A DNA stretch of 64,000 bases from Raillietiella orientalis (lineage: Eukaryota). The notes under the pieces are model-generated. The model saw nothing but the letters and a program-made list of their open reading frames with translations, was not told where the DNA came from and ran no database searches. Shown in pieces: positions 13,650-26,400 of the stretch (position 1 is the first letter of the stretch; each line of letters starts with the position of its first letter). The position numbers and the translations under genes were made by a program. The DNA lies in the NCBI GenBank assembly GCA_036172245.1, contig JAYWIR010000028.1:806001-870000 (forward strand), given 5' to 3'.

Positions 13650-15600
13650 GCACTTGACGATTTAGGTATACAAAAAATTGTACTAGGAGACGTACTCTGA
13701 AGCGCGGTAGCTAACAGGAAAAAAAAAGCGGATTGCTCCAGCTTTTAATTAGCATATGTCAATGTTGTTTGAGTATGCAAAACACCTCTTGTAATGAAGA
13801 GGATGGTAACTATTCTCCGATGATGGCATCTTTACTTATATCGTGGCATGAACATTTGGGGAGAAGGTTTCGCAGGTTTCCTATGTACCACGAATTGCAT
13901 CAGCTATGATTTTAGTAAACAACTCTTGTAATCACAATGAAATTACATGTATGTTTGTATCATATGTGGAAAATGAATCCAGTCATCCCAAGATCACGCA
14001 GTTCTTGTAGACAGCATTCTTTGCATATGGTGTTAGAAACATTGTATCGCACACAAATATGGTATTCAGTGTGTTCGCCGCATCTCAGGAACATTGAATC
14101 TAAGAACATCGCCTTTCTTGTTCCTCGAAAAATAATGATGACAAATGAAATCTTTCCGTCCCATCTAATTCACCTAACGAGGTAATGCCTGCTAACGCTT
14201 GATGGCCTGTTCCGCTCCACCCGTCAGCCTCAGCTCTGTAACCTATCCGGAAGGATAAGTTTGTCTAGGGAGAAGATTAGGAAAAAATTATAGAGTGAAA
14301 TTCTGGAACTCTACTGGATTTTCTTAAATCCAAAGTGACTTTCAGGAAATATATTCTCCAGCTGGCGTTACTCAGCTTCAATTTTTTCAGGTGAAACCCC
14401 AGAATGTTGAAAATTTTATGGATAAAGAGTTAGGCAAAGTTATGCATTGCTCTCGTCTATCCTAACACTCATTAAGGGTGTTAAGGTTCTTGATTAGTCA
14501 TATCTTATTCGAAATTGGTCAAATTATTGCAGGCTAATTACGGAGACTACCCTTTCCAGACGTCGAAGCGCTGTTCCTTCAATTTATTATTTGAATTCCA
14601 ATCAATTATTCATCTCCCTGAGGTTAGTGGCGTTAAGTTTTGCGGTTAAACCTTTATCAAATGTTCAGGAGATCGGATTAGTGATCAGATTAGCAACAAC
14701 AGTCTTTTTCCGTGTGTACGATGATCTATACTTCTGGATAATTCGACTGAGACGCATTGCCTACTGACTCTGTGGGGTTACTGATTTTCAAGTCAAGAAA
14801 TACTCGTTTCATAGGACTTGATGCATCCCATTTTGGATTTTGCATTCAGAACGTGTCTGTATTTCTCATCGAAACCTCTTTCTCTTATGCACTGTACACA
14901 CTGAAGTCTATTGCTACGATTTGACGCAATGATGAGATCCTTTTAATTTATTCACATTCTAGCATGTGCTATGCTCCATTCACAGTCTCCAATCTCACTG
15001 CCAACGTGTCATATACATTAATCTGATTCGGTGTTCCTTTCTTTTAATGCTTCGATTTGATTTTCGCGTAATCATGCCGTCGAGAGGATCCAGTTGACTA
15101 GGCCTGCGTCTTTGAAAGCAGTGGACCAGAAAACTGAGCGCAACGGCTGAGCTCTGTTCAGAGAGACGTTCAATCAGTTCCAAGCACAAAGAACAGTCCG
15201 GATCACCCTATCGAGAGCTGCAGAGTAACCCGCCAACCCTGGGAGATCACTGAAGCAAAGCTGGATGAACGAAATGGAAGAAACGCGCTCAATCCAGTTG
15301 CACAAACATGCTGAAAGTGCGGACAAAATGGCTTTTACTCTCACGCCGAGTTTCTTCTCATTCCCTCCAATGCAAACGCAAATTTACTTGCACCAGAAAT
15401 TTCTCTGCCACAGATTCTGGTCCCTACGCTTATCCTATGTCCTTACCACTATCCTTGCCTCTTACAAATTAAGAGCGTTCTTGCTCTCAATTTATGGAAA
15501 TATGAAATCTCGGTAAATCAGGAGATCTCTGAATCGATCACTACTCAATTACTGATATTGAAACTCTTCAAAGACAATAGAAAGTTATCTCTGCGTTTTT
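13650..15600 (+). pseudogene. Unidentified decayed multi-exon gene
   Basis: Exon-like blocks with splice-like ends (gag|gtaatg ~14181, ttttttcag| ~14390, gag|gttagt ~14622) and protein-like fragments (LPFPDVEALFLQF, DLMHPILDFAFR, EISLPQILVPTLILCP) in shifting frames. Confidence 0.3.
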
Positions 15601-16046
15601 TTTTTTTTTTTCTTCCTGTTTTTTTTTCATGGTAGCTTGCACCGTATCATCCCCAAATACAGTTTCTGCAAATTAGTGTATGTTGATCCGAATTTGCTGA
15701 CACCTGATATTACGTTCTAATAACATAAAACCCTCGGGTTTATGCAGCAGCTATGTCAGTACTTCACTTTATAATAATAATAATAATAATAAAAATACTG
15801 AAATGAGAAACTGATGACATCATATAGTAAGAAACGCAAAAGGCTTATATTATTCAATACCAGCAGATTCAAAAATCCTGGAAATCAACCATTCAAAAAA
15901 GATTTTCCTGGAAATCACCATAGCGTTATGGTACGCGCTGTACATAAATACGTTATTTGTCTAAAGAGTCATTTGCATGCACTGGCGGGCTGCTTGAAGT
16001 ACCAATGACCTGCGTACGACGACGATTGGTTCGACGCAACGACAAC

Positions 16047-16057
16047 AAAATGGCGGC
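16047..16057 (+). promoter_or_regulatory. YY1-type motif AAAATGGCGGC overlapping the start codon
   Basis: Exact match to the YY1/Pho consensus, common at housekeeping gene starts. Function not shown. Confidence 0.3.
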
Positions 16058-16560
16058 GGTCCTCGTAGGATGCGGCGAACCGGCCCCGGAAGACGCGGTT
16101 GATCTGCTTCAATTTTGTGAAAAAGTGTCACTTATCCCGTTTTTAGCACCGATACGAGCACACGATCCGAGTAGGTTGAATTCCAGTTTGTTCGAATTTT
16201 CGTGGATAAAGCAGTGCAAGGAGATTCGTTTCTCCCCAGCGAGATTGGTAAGGCTGGAGCTATGGAATTGCAAGCAGTCCCGTAGTACCAGCTCCATCAA
16301 TCAATTGATTATCAACGGAACCCTAAAAGCTTTGTTTGTTTGTTTTTCACTTCAGGCTAAATAACGAACGCCTAATTTTTCCCTTTGTGTTTTCAAATCA
16401 GATGAGTATTGTACGCTTAAGATACATTGTATATCTTTTATAAACACTATCCACGTACCACCCAGTACGTCGTAAAATCCGGTACCTATCTCTAGAGACC
16501 TACTGGATTTCCCGATTTTTCGAGGGTTCGAATATGGGAAACCGCTTGTCGTTAGACAAT
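16050..16560 (+). pseudogene. Decayed COMM-domain (COMMD7-like) gene
   Basis: Strong start context aaaATGgcg. CGEPAPEDAVDL and TSSINQLI resemble the COMMD7 segments CTEDPVPEAVGGD and TLMINQLID as I recall them; the overall size fits; frames are broken. Confidence 0.3.
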
Positions 16561-16699
16561 AAGAAAACTGGCGATTCCTTTTTCACTCAGTATGTTGAAG
16601 AAACCCTTAATATCCAAGAAAAAAAAAAAAAAAAATAGGATTAGGGACACACCAAGAAGAAGAGAAGCTAAACCAGTGAACTCCGTGAAGAAAACGAAA

Positions 16700-19600
16700 T
16701 GCAAAAAAGACATGCCGCACTCTGGAGAGAAGACTTCATTCCCACTTGACAAAACGTGGAAATGACTCTCTGTCAGATTACTCGGGCAGTCTCCCGAAAT
16801 TGGTCCAGTCGGATAAGCTCAAAACACAGTCGAAGGACCTCATCCTGTTTGGCACTGGCCTGCAATGCCGAATGAGTGTTCAGGGACAATCCAGTGGATG
16901 GAGAACAGAGACAAAGGAGGAGGTCATCTCCATGATGCGAGGAGAAACAGCAAAAACATGAAACGCAGCTTCCCATGAATCTTGATCTCGACGTTATGAA
17001 AATCAGCTAGAATTGCTAAAGAAAGATTTCGGTTTCGTATTTTTGACTGAACCTCAAAAAGGCCTTCCTATTCAGCCGAAAAATGCAAACTCGTATCCTT
17101 AGAGAAACAAGAACCAACTCTAAGGATCTCGGAAAGGATTCTCCACTTTTCCCGAATTCTTGGGATCAAAAGTTTTGCATACAAAGGCCGCTCATCTTTG
17201 GGGATTCAGAGCTGTAATTATATGAGCATGAATTTAAATGTTCGAACTTCTTCATGTTTTCCGTGAAATTGGGCGATACGGCGATTTTTTGTGTGTTAAA
17301 TATATTTCCAAGGACAAATGAAAATTCTTTCAGGATCCTTTTCCCTGATTAGAAATTCTTTTATGACCGAAGTTCGAGAATGGCTACAAAGATGAGGAAG
17401 GAAGAAATTAACTCAACATTACTGGTAATCTGTTTCTTTGAAATTTTCCACCCACTGATGGAATTCATGCCACATAACTGAAAGCTGCTCCCCAAATGTT
17501 CATGACAGTATAAGTAAAGATGCCATCTTGGTTTATTCCACGAATGTCGGAGAATAGCTGCCATCCGGTTCTCGATATTTTTCTCAAGTGGCAGGTCAAA
17601 AGTGACCCAGGAAACACGTACTTTTTCTAGAGGGCTGGGCAGGTCAGTCAACGCTGAAGGCAAAAATACGGGAAGCTTACAGTCACACAGGAACAGGATT
17701 TCCGAGAGAGTAGTTTGATTTTGTCAAAATGAAGTATGCACGAAATAAGTGTACACGAAGTACAATGCTTGACGCATCGGATCGAGGGCTTTGTGGGTCG
17801 ATTTCAATTGCGTGAAAACGGAAACCAGAGGTGCAGGATGAACTCGAAGCACGATCGCTCATTTCTGTGCACCTCGGTAGTCTTCAAAGGAAGTGGAAAT
17901 GGGAACATTTTCACGAAGATGGACATCCGGTGGACTTCGAGCAGAATAAAATCTTTTAAAGAGAGACAGCATAGTCCAAAGTGGGGATCTGTGAATTCTC
18001 CTTCAACCATTCGCCGTAGTCTACAGAGATATGGGGATCTTTTTCAAATTCATGTCACGGACAGCGAGTTCGTATGTGACTGATGACCTGAATTCAAAGG
18101 CTGTTTCAACTTTTAAAAGAGGAGTCAATTTACTCTCGAAAAAATAAAAATAAAAAATCTCAATACAGCAGAGATGCCAAGTAAACAAAATACCTTTTTC
18201 GAATTGCATCTACTCGAGCCAAGGAACCGACATTATACTTCAGAGATTGTATTTACTTAAGTGCCACCGACACGAACAACGATCTGAATCTCTGAACAAA
18301 AAATGGACCAAATTCAGGTGGATGTCATTATGGAACTTTGATGAAACAAGGATCGCTGTGAATTTGATCGCGATTCATGGAAGTGCGGCTGAGGCTTCAC
18401 TGATGAGCTCTGAAAAACTGAAAACTGAAACTGTCATCAGACAAAAAGAGAAAAGAAAATTGCATAAGCCCTACTGGGGTGGATCCAGGAGATGTAACGG
18501 GAGCTCGATAGGCACTATCATCCCTTAGAGAAGCTTGATTCTAACGTTTTGTCACCTTATGAGAGCTGTTATAATTCTTCAGCAGGATTTTTTGTGAATC
18601 TTCCCCACTGAAGCATCTGGTTTAATTTCCTGGCACTGGAAACGAAGCTGTGGAGCATAAATTTGGTTGCTTCTTTATCTACGAGACGTTCCGCTCTGGT
18701 CTTAAGACAAAACAAAAGCAGTCTGTGGAAGGAACTTCTACCAAGCACTGTTCGGCTGGTGGATGTTTCGGAACGAATCGCTGTTTTAATTGAAATTTGT
18801 TGAAGCCTTCTTTTCAGCTAGAGGTGACACTATCGCCCATTACAGTTTTTGCTGTTTTCTAGGATATCCAAGACCTCTTGTCCTGTCTTTGCCATTGTCA
18901 TGTGCATTTTTGTATTTCAACCAGATATTACTTCCAATGTGGTTTCTCAAAACTGAAATCTGTTTTGTTGATCTGTATTACGCTTCTAAATTAACGGAAA
19001 CACTGAAAAAATCGAATCCTTTCAGACCACTCTATGGTAGCATTGCATATCATTGTGTAGGACATATTTGGAACTCTATTGAGATCCATTGATTTTCAAG
19101 CTTTTTCCCAAGAGAACAGAAGTCAGCAGTGGCGCACCTTTCCCAAGCTTTTCTTTTGAAACTGAATATGAATACGACTGTCAAGACGCTGACGTGAGTG
19201 CAGAAGTCTCTTTTCAGTATATGCTTATGGCTCGACTCGAGCTTCTAAATGAGCTTTGTGTTTGTGTCATTATTCAGGCAGGCGAACAAACAAACAAAAA
19301 GCCTACGAATGACCTGTAGCATAGTGGTCACACAATCTTCTCACTGTGACGAGCATTCAGCGATCACTTTGAGTGTAAATTTTTGATTTTGTTTCTGTTG
19401 CTGTTTCTTGGAAATTTTCAAGGAACTGTTAGTCGACCTCAGCGTACCACAAGGTGCTGCTGAATCCACAGCATGACACATTTGCCTTCCTTTTGATGCA
19501 TAGCCGACTGAACACCTCTTGGGGGTAGTTTTATGACCCCGGAAACCTTTTTTAAAGGGTTTCCCTTTCTGTACAGTAATATTGTACACTTGAAAGTCTG

Positions 19601-20290
19601 GTTTGGTATTTAGAAACTTTTCTTTAGAAGGTGCACAACAAGTTGTTTAAGGTGTGCTCCAGGATGTCTTTGAAACCACCCCAGGATACTTCTGCATCTT
19701 ATTGACTTTTCTTGAAACAAAGCAAATATCTGAAAGCAACGTCTTCTAAATACGGAAAAACAATTCTCGACTCGTGCAACTTGTACAATTTTGCATTTTA
19801 ATCACACGCTGAACGTCAATACGAAAGAGTACCAAACTTCTGTTAGAAGTTCGGTGGAAGATTTGAAACTTCAGACATTAAAGAGTTATACTTTGTTGAA
19901 ACGCTAATGAAAATTTTCAGCAGATTCCCTTCTCAGAAAATGGGGGAGGGAACTTTCAAGGAGCTTTTGAAAGGCTTTCACGTTGATGGCTTTATTTTTT
20001 GTCTCATTTAATTTTCCGTACTTAACTCCATAGGGATAATTCAAGATAATTTGCAATCCTCGATCTTTTTTGTACGCTCATTATGCATTTTTTTTTTTTT
20101 TTCTATTCTTATGCTTCTTTCCTACGTGATGTTTCATGCATATCTTTTAAACTCCCAGCGTGCATTTAATGTTTGAATAAATCATTAGGCTTGACAAAAA
20201 AAACAAAGTCACGAATCCATCAATTGATTCATATTATAAAGCGTTGTTTGAGTTTTTCTTACTCGGCTTAATTCAATAACCGACTACACT
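16700..20290 (-). pseudogene. Unidentified decayed gene, head-to-head with the C19orf53-like gene
   Basis: Many helical-looking fragments separated by stops and frameshifts (KAFQKLLESSLPHFL, IVFPYLEDVAFRYLL, EKNIENRMAAILRHSW, LLIPRIREKWRILSEILR, DEVLRLCFELIRLDQF). Confidence 0.3.
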
Positions 20291-20439
20291 TCTGGTAGTG
20301 ATGTAATAGCTGCTGTATTCGTCTTTCAAATACGTTTGTACTGTTTGGCCGTATACGATAGCATTGGAAACCGTTAGGTATTGACAATTTCAGCTAACAG
20401 CTGGCGTTTTGTTGTCACATCGTACATTTCTGTTGCAAA

Positions 20440-23400
20440 ATGGCACAAGGGTCTTCCAAATTGGCTAAAACTAAGAAGAAGAATGTTGCAGCTGCAAAAA
20501 AGAAATCGGGAGTGAAAAAAGGAGGTATGAACTGCCGTTTAATTTGGTTCACTGACACGTTTGCAAAGAAATTTTCATTTCATTTTTACCGTTGTCATGT
20601 TTGGTTTTTCAAAAAAGAATGGTGATGATGAGAGTGTTATACCAGATTTCCGTTTTATTTTTCCATTATTAAAAGTAACGTAGGCCTTGGATTTTAAAAT
20701 ATTCGCTAAAGTTATATTCTTAGAGTGAAAAACATTACAGTACATCCCAGCACTTGAAACATGTTTGAAATTTAATTTTAAGGTTATTTTATCAGTTTCT
20801 GAAATTTATGAATTGTTGTGAAGCTTCCATGGCACACATGATTGGAATTTGTACGCAGAATCATTAGTTTGCTATTGACAATCAATTGTATTATCAAAGA
20901 TAACATTATAGATGCTAACATAAGCACTATGTAATATGTGTAAGCAATGTATATTAATTTACAGATTAAGTAGCCAAAGATTGCTTTTGAAACTGCCTTG
21001 TTACTGTGCTGGCATCTATTTACACATGAACAAGAAACTTTCAAAGTAACATCGGTTCTGTAGTTTTTAGCTATTCAAATCTTCCCTGAGAAACATTCAT
21101 AGTGTGCATGTTAAGTAACCCGTATTATACCATCGCTTTTAAAAAATGATGTAAAGTGACATAGCATAATTGTTGTTGATATCAAAAGAAAAGGTGTAAC
21201 TGTAATTTCTATGTTTTTGGTATGAATGTGCATGTATTTGCAAGAGTATGTGTTTGAATTATTCATAAACTAAAATGGAGAAGTAATAATCTCCAAATGA
21301 GCTATTGTGTGATATGCAAACATTTAGCTGCCAGTGTTAAGTTATGTATTGGTTTGATGATAATGAGCATAATTTTATTTCTTTGTTTTTTTCTCTGAGA
21401 GTATTTATAGTATTTAAGTATGTTCCAGTATATGTCATCCTGATCCAGAAATGCAATTGATAAAATTGGTTGATATTAAATAAAAGGATTTGGATAATGC
21501 AACGTAAATATTTAAAGACTAATTTGAAATCTTGTGCAAATAATCACAACTCATTCAAAAATAGAAAAAACATGGTTGATTACATTATTCTTTCCTAATT
21601 TCTGAAGGGAATTTTAAAAACTTTGCTTATATTTATGCTAGAGCATGTAACAAAAAAATATCGTAGGGAATGTAAAACCCCAAATGAAATAAAGATCGTG
21701 AAGTAAATTTGGGCAGCAATTACCGAATTTGTAGACATTTTAAAGAATCGAGAATGTAAGTAGGTTTTTCCAAAACTGCAAAAAAAAAAAAATGCTCTAA
21801 TCAATGAGTGCATTTAATTAATAAATAGATAAATAAATAAATAGAGGTGTTTAACAAAAGATTTAAATTGCAACTTTAGTCTAAGATTTCATTCAAAATC
21901 TTCAATGCTTATCACCACAGATCAAAGTGTTTTTGAAATTTGTTCTTTTCATTTTGTGCTGTTTAAGTTGTCATTATGTGAGTGTGGTTGCAAATATTTG
22001 GAGAAAGAAAAAAAATATTTCTATTCTGGACAGAACATTCATTAAGATGAATGAAATGCTGATTTTTTAGATGTTGGTTTAGTAAAACCTTCTTTCTAAA
22101 ATTTTGAGAACTGTCCTTTAAGATATTTTCGATTATGATTTTGTGAAAGTATTGCAAGACTGCAAAATCCAGATGTATTCCAAGGAGGTTAAGGTATTGG
22201 GAGAATGGTGACTGTTATTTTGCAAATGAAGGAGAGAACAATTTTTTACATGATTCATGAAGGTTTAAATCAGTAAAAACAGTCATTTTTTTGATTTAAA
22301 TATTAAATTCAAGACTTTTTTGGCCCTTAAAGAACTCAGACTTCAGTTCAGATGTGTGTGGAAAATATGGAAAAGTTTTTCCAGATATTAAATGAAAAAA
22401 TCATCGAGAATCAACAGTGAAACATAGAATCAGAGCTGATGGGAAGCCAAAACAAGCATAACTGTAGAGTGAGGATCCTTTCTTTACAATGAAGTATGTC
22501 TGTATGCTTTTAAGGGAGCATGCTTGGCATGTCTATATCTAGATTTATTTTGGAGATTGTGAGTGAACTTGGTTGTAAAAATTGTATGAAGTATAATGCC
22601 CTGTGTGTAAGCATTGATGGAAGAGAATTGCAGGCATTTTGATTAACACAGTGACCCTGTGAATAACTTCAAGTGCGTTCAGACAAAAATACTAAATGAA
22701 ACACTTGGGGATATGTGATTGAAATGGAGCTGTTAAAAAAAGCTAAACATAGCCGAAACAAATCTCATTACACATTCTGAATTAATTTTTGGATGAATTA
22801 TTGAATTATGTGATTCAGGTTTAATTCAAAAGAAGACTCCAGAACTTATTGCTGTGCATTAGCGATTTACAAATGAGTTTTTTTCGGTGGGGATTATTGA
22901 AGAATTATAGTTGCCTGTTTTCAAAGTTGCTTGCAGTAGATCTGATATATCCATGAGGTTTGAGTGATCGTTGTGATGTATCTGGATTCTCGTTGATTCG
23001 GGTCCTCGAAAGTGGAGGAATAAGCAAGCAAGTTTGATAGCGTATAAAAGGATATCTTAAGGGAAAGGCGAAGAGATACAGTTTACTACCACTATATAAG
23101 TGTGCTGCCCAATTGAATTCTTTTCATGGCTGTTTTACGTGACATTTCCAAGCCAAGCTAAATGGGGAAAAAGAATGCATTTGTTGCATGCAGTAATGTT
23201 GGTGACGGGCGTGGTCATGATACTGTTGTACCTTAAATGTGCTGCAGTGCTGTACAGGTGCAAGAGTGTCATTAAATGACTCTCACGTTCACTATTTTAA
23301 TTCGTTTATGTCCCTAATCAAAGCACGGTTATTTGTAACCTAAGTGTTCTGATGAGAGTGTGTTTTCATAGCACAGTCGACTCTTCGTGTATTCTGCGGT

Positions 23401-26400
23401 TATCTGGAAAATTTCTTAAAATTAGGAAGTGCAGGGTTTGAAAGTGGATTCAGGGTAGCATACTTTGCGGTGAAACATTTATTCAGTTTAGTAAACAAAT
23501 TATAAGGTTCTCAGGTTACAGGTAACACTACTTTTTTTCCTTTTTTTTTTTTTTACACATTCAGGTTATTATTATGCTGTTCATATGTTCATATTTTTTT
23601 ATGGAGAAACTGCGTTGAAATTTATGAAATGTACACCAAACTATACTAAATTTATATCTATTTTTGAATGGATAGAAATTTCATCATGTTTCAAAAATCT
23701 TCTTACATCCGCACATTTGAAGTGCTTCCGGTTTTGTCCGTTGCTCTGTTTCTTTTATTTAGAAGTTCATTTTAACTGACATTTAAAGTTGTTGGGTTTC
23801 ATTTGCTTCTTCTGTTTGTTTCTCATTCATTTTGTGTTTTCACGGTATACAATTAGTTGAGGGAAACGTGCTTAATCAGTTGGGAGTTTTAAAACCGCTC
23901 GGTTTCTCTAGCAGTGTCGTAATGCAGGGACACACGCATTCCGATTTATGTACACAGCGTGAGGGTGAAATAAATCGAATGGTGGGCATCCAATGAGCAA
24001 GTCGTCCGTCACTCCGTAACCTTCGGAAGTCTCTCTGACCTTCCGCGACAGTCGGTGATGCGCTCCTCCGGTTTTCGATGCGGTCACCGTGGAAGAGGAA
24101 GGACATTATTATATGGGGTGGTCTGCTCGAGAGACACCGACAGCATCACGAGATTTCAGGAGTGCGGTGTGCGAACGGTGCCCCCCACCGGCGGGGTGCG
24201 GCACGAGGAACACCGGCGTGACCACTTTTCGCCCGCACGTCGAAGACTTCTCCACGAGGAATGGCGCGCAGGTCCACTCCCCGGCTGGGGTTGCCCGGAG
24301 GACCTTTGGAAATTCTCCAGCCCGAAGCCGACCCCACGAGGACGCGGCCTTCGCGTTTCGGCCATCCGCAGATGGCTTCGATAAGCCTCGTTCCGATCCT
24401 GGAGTGCGTTTGGGAGTTTCCCGGATCCTGTGGGATCTGTCACTTCCTCACCATCCTTGAATGGTCGGAATAGGTGTTTGGACGTTGCAGGTTCACTCGA
24501 CGGTTTCTCGAATGCCGCCGATTTTCTTTCGATCATTCCACACGCGCCTTTGCAGCTGTTTTCTTGATTCGTGCACGGTCTCCTTGCCCGGGAGCCTCCT
24601 TAATCGTGTTTAGTGTAGTGCAAGCCTAATCCTTCCCCGTTTTCTTAAAGCAAGAGCTCCGCAAGAACGGTGTACCCAAGTCGCGGTTGCTCGGTTGACT
24701 CGGCTCGACCGAAACGAAGCGTTTTTTTTTTCCCCCTTCTTCTTCCTGGTGAGTGAATACCGATAGGAAAAGTAAAAAGTCGCGTCGGTTCGAAAAGTGT
24801 TCCGAGAGCGCAAAGGCGCACACACTTTGTGTTTCGTTGACACCTGCCCGTTGTCCGAGCAGAATCCCGCCGTATGGCATATCGATTTACGGCGCGGAAA
24901 GTCGCGCAACGTCGATGAAGTCGTATAAAGCGAACGATAGCACTCTTTGGATGTTCGCATTCCATGAGGAATGGTTAATGGATATGCTGATATTTTTTAT
25001 GAGATTTTTCCGATGTTTCAATTCTGTTTATTTGCATCTCCCCGTTAAGTTTGTTGCATTCCTCCCTCCCTCCCCCCTTCTCCCCCTATATTCTGTGGGG
25101 AGATACATTTGCCTCATCAGATTTAAGGCACAGAGAAATTAACTTTCACGTAAGTCATCATCGGGTTAATTCACGGATTGATTACCATGATTCCCCCCCC
25201 CCCCCTTTTTTTTTCTTTTTTTCTTTTTTTTTTCGATAGTAAATTCCGTTTAATGAGCGTATTTAATCAGCTTCCTTGGAAAATAAATTCAAATACAAGT
25301 ATGTTTTAATTCACCTGAGAAAAATATAAAGTCATTAATGTTGAGGGCCGGGGTGTTCATGTTGAAATGTCAGAGGAATTTTTGAAACCCCCCCTGAGAA
25401 TAGCTAATGTTATATGCATGGATCTTTTGCTTGTATTATTTTGTTAAATAGTATAATTCATGAAAAAGGGTTTGTACTCTTTTGAATAAAAAAGAACATA
25501 TGGAGAATCTTTTATGTGTTGATGCACAGACAAAATGTAGTATATAGCAAGCAGAGCGGATTGATCTGTACAGTTGATTTAGAACTGCTTCTAATTGCAG
25601 CAAATGAATAGTCAGATGTTGCAGTGCAGAAGTATAATGTATAAAATGTTCAAAGGGAATTCAGGGATTCCAGAATAACATACATAAAAATCACATGTTA
25701 AGGTGTACGTTTAAATTACGTTAGAAGCTAAGAATCGAAAGTGGCAACAGATGTTGAATTACTCTGAATAGAGGGTTTGAAAGTAAGTAAAAAAAAAGAT
25801 TTCAAAATCGTTTTTTTAATGGAGATCTACCTTTAGATCTTTAGAAACTTCGGTTCCTGTATGCAACTTCCAATTAACGTCCAGGTATCAACGTTTGGAG
25901 GAGTAGAGGAGATTAGAAACATTATATCTGCAGTTTGGAAGACTGCTCTCTTACGTATTAAGACTTGAGAAAAATATCGACATTATGCTCATTGCAGACT
26001 ATAAATCAGTCTTGGATTTTTTGTACTTCATTTTAAATTGCCATGGGGTCTTTGCCAAGTGATTGGGCACTCAAAGTTGAATGGGTTTGATTTTTGAAAT
26101 ACATTTTGTTCCCATTTGATTTTCGACAAGCGATCACAGAAATTGAAGATTTAAATTCAGAACATTATTTTTTTTTTTTTATTATTATTATTATTATCGG
26201 ATTTTCATATTAATTCAGGTTTTGGTCGAATACATTATGCAAGAAAGATTCAATAAAAACTTACAACTTAGACAATATCAGATGAAGGTTTGGTTAAATA
26301 ATCAAACGATCAAAATTATGAGAAATTATAATGCCACTCATTTGCACTAAGATATCACGATAGATACATATCTTGAAACCACCTTGATGGCGGTCGTAAT

